DNA of 64,000 nucleotides from Octopus vulgaris (taxonomy: Eukaryota): assembly GCA_951406725.2 (NCBI GenBank), contig OX597829.1:35278001-35342000 (forward strand), given 5' to 3'. The notes below the pieces were generated by a model. It was not told the origin of the DNA. It did no database searches and saw only the letters and a list, made by a program, of their open reading frames with translations. This document shows positions 54,791 to 64,000 of the stretch, piece after piece (the stretch's first letter is position 1; each line of letters begins with the position of its first letter). The position numbers and the translations under genes are program-made.

Positions 54791-55008
54791 GCCCTGATGC
54801 AGTACCAGGCAGTGGTCCTTTGCCCTGATGCAGTACCATGTAGTGGCTCATTGCCCTGATGCAGTACCAGGCAGTGGCCCATTGCCGTGATACAGTACCA
54901 GGCAGAGGCTCTCGTGGCTTCTGATCTTAACTGGTTGGAAGTGTCATCATGTACATTGTTTTGTCTAGGTATAAAAGATGGGCTACAGCAAATATTCTGC
55001 TCAATACC
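54791..55008. mobile_element. Family D truncated copy with four tandem 31-bp terminal units
   Basis: GCC(C/G)TGAT.CAGTACCA.G.AG.GG units at 54791, 54822, 54853 and 54884. Confidence 0.88.
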
Positions 55009-55290
<282 letters not shown>

Positions 55291-58156
55291 AAAAAGTATA
55301 ATTAAGTATATCATTTAATGAAATCACGTACGTTTTGTACAGTTCTTAATTAAACAAATTATCAATAGTTATCATTAATACTCATTGATTCCTCCATCAT
55401 GGACAATATTAACAGGGCAGCCTTGCTCTCTTTTAGATAGTAATGCTTACTCTTCAAAGATTACCTGACTTCTCTTTTTTTAAAAAAAAAAAGATATATG
55501 CACTTTCTCTTCTCTCAGACACATACACGCACACATTCATATTCCTCCCCACACGCTTAGAGTTAGACATACATTCTCACGCGTATATACAAACACACTC
55601 GTTTTTTTTCCCATTATTTTTGTTGATTGTTTCCTAAATGTTCATGACTGTTCTGTCGTCATTAATGTTGAAGATAATGATCTTGACATATTTTGTTGGT
55701 GAGATTAAGACGTGTTTGCGGAATTTGGCTATTCTCACTCGGGATTTGATTTTTATTTCATATTTTATACATCGTTGCTGTTTACTTTTTCTAGCTCTGA
55801 GGTTTTTTTGGTGGTGGTGGTGGTGAGGAATATTACATGAAACTGGAGTACTAGAGAAGGATATAATAGCAATGAAGAAAAGATCTTTTTTCTTTTGTGT
55901 GAAGAAAGCAGAAATTAATGTTGTTTAGTCCCAAGTCGGGATGTACAGATGTTCCAGCCACGACTCCGTATTTTTACTTGATGTAATATACACTCACAAT
56001 ACAGTATATGCAAGATTTTGTTAAATATTTATAAAAATAAACCACAGATTTTTCCTTTAAATTTTTTTCCTTTTATTGTAAATTTCGTTGAAGAGATTCT
56101 TGAACATTTGAAATTGTCTTTACATTTTTCTGAGAGCTACTAAAATACCACAATGCTCTTTTATCTTCTTTAAGAGAAAAATTTCAATTCATTAAGAATT
56201 TTTTAAGCGTGCGGCATTTAGTACATTACCATCACCCTTTAACTAATTTATCAAATTCATACTGTTAGCCTACTCAATGTTTTTTCATTGGCTCATTATG
56301 TTTTTTAATCAATATATTTTGTGCAGCAAACACAAAAAAATTTAATAATATATAATTATATGGTGAGGAAACGAAAACATTAGCTGAATATCTAATATAA
56401 TTTTAATCTTTGCATTAGTTTGTGGCAAGCAACTACAGATATGTTTCTGTGTTATTAGACCTCCACAGTGAAGTAAAGGCTTCACTTATCAAAATAGCAA
56501 TAAGAGAATTAGTTACTACAAGAACAATAACATTACATGAGCTGATGTGAACAATTAGCATATTCAAACATTAAATCATAATTATATTAAACTGAATTTT
56601 CGAGATTTACTACTTCAAGTTAATATTACTTTCACTATGGATGGCGCGTCTGAGAATTAATATCATTGAGGGATATTTAATTTGGTGTCTGGTATGTTTG
56701 AAAATGTCTAGTTCTCGGGTGGTCGCGACATCCACATTCTACAAGAATTGTTGTTTAACTGCATATTATTAATTATACTCTCTGAGTGAGTATAATTAAT
56801 GATATTCCATCTTTTTTTCCAGATGCAGTGTAATTAAAACTGCTCTATTCCTTACGATCTTTCTTGTTGAGGGTAATATAACAGCTGTCTCTGGCAGCAC
56901 GTGCAACCATGTAGAGGTTCCCTCGATAATAATATTTACTTAAATTGGTACAAACTCCAGATTTCTGCAGTTCATTGACTCAACAACACGATGTATGGCT
57001 GGTAGTTATATTATTGAACTACGATCGTTGAATAGCAAAAACAACTCACGTTTTAAACTCTTGAAGAAAAGAAAACTATATACAGTACTATACGTCTTCC
57101 AAAACTGTAATGTTTCCAACACACATGTTGCACAATGTTGTACAATGTAAATTTAAAAAAAATATAAAATGTGAATTATAAATGTGAATTATAAAATTGA
57201 AAATATGAATTGTAAAAATGTGAATTATAAAAGATAAAAATATTAGTGATGCAAATCAATATTTGTATAGCGATGGGATATAGGCAAATATTAAAAAAAA
57301 ACCCACCTAGTAGAAAAGGATTTTCTGGATCTGTCAAATTCACAGGGAACAAAAATCAATCACTAGTTGTAAAGTTAGTTGCTGTCAGAGTATCTTTATG
57401 TATTTAGATAGAAGTGGATTGCAATATTATTCCACGAATAGATTCTCAAGAATCATTTGATTACAACATATGAAATAATAAGACGAAATGGAAAAGAGTG
57501 AAGGATTGTGTTGCATGATAGTACTCTGTATTCAGAGAGGAAAATACTAACGACCACTGGATCATATATATATATATAATGATTATGCCATATATAATGA
57601 TTATGATTGATATGGCATATCCTACTGACAGAAGCTAATCAATCAAGGAAAGAAAGAAATGTTTGTAAAATGTAAACTGAGTAAAAAATAACTGGCTGAC
57701 TTGTTTTTCTATTCTTTCTTTTTTACTGTATTAATCAGTTACGATTAAGCAAAACTTAACTTCTCTTTGTCCAGAACGGAACGCAGGATAGTCAGGTTGA
57801 AGCTTTGAATTTCTACATTTCTCTGTATTTCTAATTTTTACTTATTTTTTGATATATTTTGAAACTGAAGATGATAGGCGTATAAGTGAAAATGGTTCAT
57901 TAAAAGAAACAACAAAAACAACCAAAGACAATCTGTGTTTGATTACATTCTTCTAATTGTATCATAATAATAATAATAATAATGATAAAAGTAATATCAA
58001 CAACAACAGCAACAACAACAACAACAATGACAACGACGACTACAACAACAACAATAAAAAGAATAATAAAATGATAATAATAACAAGAGCAACAACAACA
58101 ACAGCAACAACAACAATAATAATAATAACAATAATAATAATAATAATAATAATAAT

Positions 58157-58767
58157 GCCCAGTCCTGGCTAAGAAGGAATATATTCACAGACATGACAGA
58201 GTTGGGACCTACATACATTGGAAGCTATACCAACATTATGGAATAACACAGAAAAAAGATGGTATAGGCACACACCAGAAAAGGCCACAGAAAACGAGAA
58301 AGCAACCATACTCTGGGATATGCCGATACACACAGATAGAGAAATTAAGGCCAACAGACCAGATATAGTTGTCAGAGATCATGAAGAAAAGAAATGCTTT
58401 CTAATTGATGTATCAATACCGGCAGATGACAACATGTTTCTAAAAGAAATGGAGAAACTCACAAAATACAAAGACCTGGAAATAGAGGTAACCAGAATGT
58501 GGAATCTAAAAACAGAAACAATTCCTATCATAGTAGATGCATTAGGCATGATAAAAAAATATTCAGACAAATACATAACAAAAACACCAGGACTTACAAA
58601 CACATATAACATACAGAAAATTGCACTACTAGGCACTGCACACATCCTACGCAGAACATTTTCCATAAAATAACCATCAGAGCAACACAACAAATCACAG
58701 CACATACCTAAGGCACACAGAGCTGCGCTCGGTAGTGAAGTGAAAGCACGCTATAAAAATAAAACTA

Positions 58768-58770
<3 letters not shown>
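58157..58770 (+). mobile_element. R4/Dong-type element, 5'-truncated, inside (AAT)n
   Basis: Near-identical to the 3' part of 19989-20908; RHDRV, WDMPIHTDREIKANRPDIVV, LIDVSIP; ends ACTACTG(AAT)n. Confidence 0.93.
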
Positions 58771-58852
<82 letters not shown>

Positions 58853-58885
58853 GATACTGAACAGTATATATATATATACACATAC

Positions 58886-58958
<73 letters not shown>

Positions 58959-59879
58959 TATATATATAGTATATATATATAAATATATATATGTATATAT
59001 ACATACATACATATATATATATATATAGATATATATAAGTTCAGCAAAATTTAGATTGAAATGAATATGGTACTTAAGTTAAAGGCACTAGAATTTTGTA
59101 TGGTATTGTCCATATAAATCAAATGGGGTGATTATAATCAAAATACGCAACAAGGATATCCAAGGTAGTCTAGTACAATCGTTTCATGCTACTTCATTTT
59201 ATTAAACAATGTAAGTATTACATCAGTTTTAAAATGTAGAGAATCTTCAGCCACATATAGAATTTTTTAAATTAAATGTACAATGTACATTTTTGTACTT
59301 ATTCCATTTGCCAACATTACAAAGAGGGTAGATATATAGACAGAGAGGTTAATTTCATCATTAAGAACATGGTAGTAGAAGGTCCTTCGTTATGGAAAGA
59401 TTTTTTATCGCTGAGTTCACTTTGTTGTTTAGATTTATCAATGGGGAGGGAGTATTTTATTTCGTTCAAGAACTGTTTCTATTTATAGATATAGGAAGGG
59501 GTAGTACAAATGTCAAAGCCATAAATCCAACCCCATTATGAGGAATTTAACTTTGGCATATTTGTATGCATTTTAGCTAAAGTTAGTAGGCTGAAGCTAG
59601 TGGGGTAGGGAAAATAGAGACTACTAATGCTCCAGAGATTTCTAATGTTCTTAACCATTTAACAGCCATAATCTTGCTTGTGATTTTAAATAAATATCCT
59701 TTAAATAGTTTTTTTCCAAAGTATTCCAATAAATTTTAGTATCTTATATAGGGATGGAGAATATTTTTATTAATATAGATTTATAGTTAGTAAATATTGA
59801 TTTATTTTTATTGAGTTAAATTAAAGGAATATGCTAGACATAATATTTATTACCTGTACAAAAATATTGTAAGAAAATA

Positions 59880-61315
59880 GTGTTGCTGTTGTCATCAATG
59901 TATCTGTATTTGCCGTTTCTTGGATTTCTCCCTTTTTCTGTCTCGTTTTTTTTTGCTATTGGATTTCCCCGTCATCATCACTTGCGTGGAAGAGTCCGTG
60001 TCTTGTATGTTTTCTTCTGGTGTTGTTTGTTCTGGTTCTCTTATAGTTGTTGTTGTTGCTCCTGCTACTGTAGCTTCCGCCACTGCTACTGGTGTTACTC
60101 CCACTGCCACCTTTTCCGTAACACTTGCCTGTTTTGTCTCTCTGGGTTCAATTTCTGTTTCTATTCCCCTGTCTTTCTGTTGTTGTTGTTGTTTTTGTCA
60201 ACAGGTGGGTTGTGGTGCTTTCGTTTGGACATCTATTCGTGCACTTCTGTTCTGGTTCTGTGGGCAGTAAAACTGTACCAATCATGGTACCTTGGCCTTC
60301 TGCTCTCCCCGTTCACCGTTAGTTCTACTCCATTCGAGAGGGAAATCAGGTCTGGGACTCCTCTGGCTTCACGTGGAGAAGAAGTCCCAAGGTAGTCCCA
60401 ACCCAATTCTCCCTCCTCAATCTTTTAACACCCAGGAGATTATCTCCCCCGTCCGTACAAATACAGGCGAAAACCCACCATAAATCCAAGCTTAGTGGGA
60501 CACCAGGTACCGTAATTCGTACTGCACCTCTTTCCATGTACGTTGCTACGCGTGGTTACCGAGTTCTGGATCACCTGCCATTCGGTCTTAAAAAGGACCT
60601 CTTCTCCGCCTTACTGCCTCATTCTCGCAATGTGGTGAATATCCTGTCATATGTCTTTTAAGTCTTTTTCCACTTGGTTGCATTTAGTATTTTAGAGTTG
60701 CCTTGTCTTTGTGTTCACGCACCTGTAGACAATTGTCCGTTTGGCTGTTGCTTCAAGCACGTCGCCTCGAGGCGTCAATATTGCTCGCTTTCCATTCAGT
60801 TTCATATATTGTGCTGCCTTGTTTAGTTTTTCTATTTTGTTCTCCAATGAGATGTTAAACGATTCCTTAGCTACCGTGATATTTGTAAAAGTCTCTTTCC
60901 CGCCGCTAACTCCATTTTTGTTAAACTCTTCGCCGCAGTTGCTTTCAATGTTGTTCTTCGTGCTACTACAATTTCCATGTAGTGAGGAAAACTTTACTCC
61001 TTCCTTCCTCTCGCCTTCTCTTTGCTTTTCATCTTCTTTCTTCTTTTCTTGACTCTTCTTCCTTCTTTTCTTTCTGCTGTCTACTGCTAATCATGGTTGG
61101 GAGCATGGGGGAAGTCCTCGTGCAAATTGTCCCCGTACCACCTTCTTCCTCACTCCCGTTTTTCGTTGCCAACTTCAAAGTTTACTTTCTTCGGAGCAAA
61201 TTTTCGAAGAAATTTGAAAAGAAAAATGTTTGTATCACCCCCAAAATGGGGTTTTGGTTAACTAACGTCAGCACCCCCCTCCGCACAGAAAGGCAGCTGG
61301 CTTTTAAAACGATTT
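59880..61315 (-). mobile_element. LINE ORF1-like remnant (copy 3) with probable 5' UTR
   Basis: LTPRGDVLEATAKRTIVYRC..VEKDLKDI..TYMERGAVRITV..RRPR, then a T/E/K-rich tail; homologous to copies 1 and 2. No ORF2 endonuclease visible downstream. Confidence 0.6.
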
Positions 61316-61499
61316 AAACAACAAAAGACAGTATAGAACCTTTTAAACAAGTGAATTAGTCATAAACTTACAGCGCTCCAAAAAACATACTTGTAGCTAT
61401 GGCGACAATGATAATAATAATTATAACTAATGTTGAGAAGTTAAAAAACCCAGATATTCTTTCGTTACAACAGTTCAGATATGTAGCAGTGACATCGGT

Positions 61500-61885
61500 A
61501 CGGAATTTAGGATTTTGAAATCCTCTGTGCCCACTATTAAAAGAAAGCAACCTATGGTGGACTACAACTGCCAAAGGGAGAAAGTATAGGGGAACCAGAA
61601 GATAGTGGATACACATATTTGGAGATTTTAGAACTGGATGATAATTTACATGCAAAAATGGACGAAAAGTTTAGAGAGACATTAAAATAAAAGTAAATCC
61701 AATCTGAATTTAAGAAATCTAGTCACTGTAATGAATGCCCGGGCAGTTGCAGTGGTTAAATATAGTGCATCCATTCTCAGGTGGATGGAAAAAAGAATTA
61801 TCAAAGTTGGATAGAAAGACGAGAAAGTTAATGACATTATACGGGACTTTGCACTCTAAAGTAAATATTAACGGTTTGTCCATGA
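61500..61885 (+). mobile_element. R4/Dong-type RT fragment, divergent subfamily
   Basis: GYTYLEILELD, NLRNLVTVMNARAVAVVKYS, ELSKLDRKTRKLMTLYGTLHSKS; homologous to 52310-52600. Confidence 0.7.
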
Positions 61886-61899
61886 GGAGATGAGCTACG

Positions 61900-62345
61900 G
61901 AAAGGCGTGTCTCACAAACGGGGCCATACGCATTCACCTTCTAGAAATCGTTGCAGGTAGCGCAACTTGAGTGAGTATCTGCGCAGAGGGAGTTGGCAGC
62001 AAACTGACCGCCTGACGCGTCTCTTCCGCAAGAAAATAAACAGGATACGCTCCAATCTCATCAAACAGTACCGGGGGCAAGGGATGATGATAAATAATGA
62101 CAGAGGCGATGTAGGCATTCGCCACCTCTGCCCGATCTTTCATGTACAACTTCCTCTCTGCTCATTTCTGGGTAAGACAGACGACGCTGTTCGTCATCTC
62201 TTCTCAATTCTTATCCACCTGGAGGTCGGGATCGAATCAGACCCCGAGCAGTTTAACTGGCCCGTCAGTTCAGTAACCGACGGCATCGATCTGCCTCCCC
62301 AGGTGTCCAATCGCAATTCCAATGAAAACTGGTACAGGCAGCTAT
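61900..62345 (-). mobile_element. Tx1/L1-clade ORF2 C-terminal fragment
   Basis: TDGPVKLLGV.FDPDLQVDKN.EE, RKLYMKDRAEVANAYIASVI, LMRLERILFIFL, RRSVCCQLP, LKLRYLQRFL. Confidence 0.7.
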
Positions 62346-62409
62346 AAAATACGAGCACCCGCCCCCCCAAAAAAAACACGACGTTCTAAGTGCCAGACGC
62401 CCAGTCAAG

Positions 62410-63394
62410 GCCCCTAGACTTTACTCAGGACTGCAGCTCCTGTCTTTAAGGTACCTGAAAAATACAAGAAAGAAGACGTAGTAACTGGCAACTATGAAGT
62501 AAAAGAATAAACAACCAAAACTGTAAAGCAATAGGAATCCAAACTAAGACTGAAGAAACAACGTATCATCATAAAACAATGGCAAATATTGGATTAAGCT
62601 AAACAAGAATCTCATCAATGGTTAAGAAGCTCAGGACTGAAAGCAGAGACTAAAGGATTTTTTATTGCAGCCTAGGATCAAAGCTTTCGCACCAGAAATC
62701 ACCAAAAGCACTTAATGAAAACAAATACAAGTAACAGCAGAAAATGTGGTGATGGAAAAGAAACAATAAACCATATTGTCCCTTGATGCCAAGTCCCGGC
62801 TATGAAGAAATATATTCACAGACATGACAGAGTTGGGACCTATATATACTGGAAGCTATACCAACACTATGGAATGACAACAGAAAAAAGATGGTATAGG
62901 CACACGCCAGAAAAAGTCACACAAAATGAAAAAGCGACCATAATTTGGGATATGCCAATACATACAGATAGATAAATCAAGGCTAATGGACTGGATACAG
63001 TTGTCAGAGATCACCAAGACAAAAATGCCTGCTAATCGATGTATCAATACCAACAAATAGCAATGTATCCTTGAAAGAAACGAAGAAATTATCAAAATAC
63101 AGAGATCTGGAAATAAAGGTAATTCGAATGTGGAGCTTAAAAACAGAAACAATTACCATAATAGTAGATGCATTAGGTATGATAAAAAGATATTCAGACA
63201 AATACATAACAAAGACACGAGGACTTTCAAAACATACAGAAGATAGTAGTACTAGCCACCGCGCACATTCTACGTAAAACATTTTTCAATACAGTGAAAA
63301 TAAGAACATCACAACGATCCACGTCACATACCCAAGGCTCACAGAGCTGCTCTCGGTAGTGCAGTGGAAGCACGTTATAAAAATAAGTCTACTG
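62410..63394 (+). mobile_element. R4/Dong-type element 3' portion, degenerate
   Basis: WLRSSGLKAETKGF, IHRHDRVGTYI, WDMPI, KETKKLSKYRDLEI; ends TCTACTG followed by (AAT/GAT)n. Confidence 0.88.
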
Positions 63395-63660
<266 letters not shown>

Positions 63661-64000
63661 TATCAATGAAATATCTCAAATTTATGCAATAGGAGTAATG
63701 GTACAAATTTTTATGTCCGTGATGTATGGAAACTAAAGTTAGCTTTAACGAGATGTTAAATGAAAGTAAACTTATTTCACAGCATTTTAGTCACTAATTG
63801 CTTTTGGAAGGCATTAATATCACAACACTACATTTAAAGAATTTAGATTTTTTAACAGAAAGATTGGTTTGGTGGAGTAGGAGGATATACAGACGGCCAA
63901 TGAGGCAAGTTGATAAAAAGCGATTAGTGCAGGGAAATAATTAGATAATCGATAGAACAGACAGAAATATCAGATTAAAAGAAATCAGTTATTTTCACAA

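Noticed and set aside
54791-54915. 31-bp repeats as a CRISPR-like array
   Set aside because: No spacers; eukaryotic repeat context.
56766-56930. 13-bp hairpin and TTTTTTCCAG acceptor
   Set aside because: Stem too short and AT-rich for a miRNA call; no recognisable coding frame.

Overview
Very repeat-rich, AT-rich animal genomic DNA. My recognition of the SINE families and the microsatellite load points to an octopus genome, but this is not verified by search. I found no intact host protein-coding gene; most entries in the six-frame ORF track are microsatellite artefacts. The window is a nested set of mobile elements. It holds two Penelope-like retroelements, one of them Naiad-like with inverted termini that each carry a canonical hammerhead ribozyme. 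It also holds five or six R4/Dong-type RLE non-LTR copies, all on the + strand and those with a 3' end running into (AAT)n arrays, plus an RTE/BovB-like LINE, a Tx1/L1 ORF2 fragment, three mutually homologous ORF1-only LINE remnants, a non-autonomous Helitron and at least three tRNA-derived SINE families. An unclassified ~550-bp element is flanked by (AAT)n. There are two long near-perfect palindromes, one made of back-to-back hammerhead-like motifs, and a possible promoter/first exon near 28.2-28.9 kb. Coordinates were read by eye, and element boundaries are approximate unless a target-site duplication (TSD) or terminal motif is quoted.
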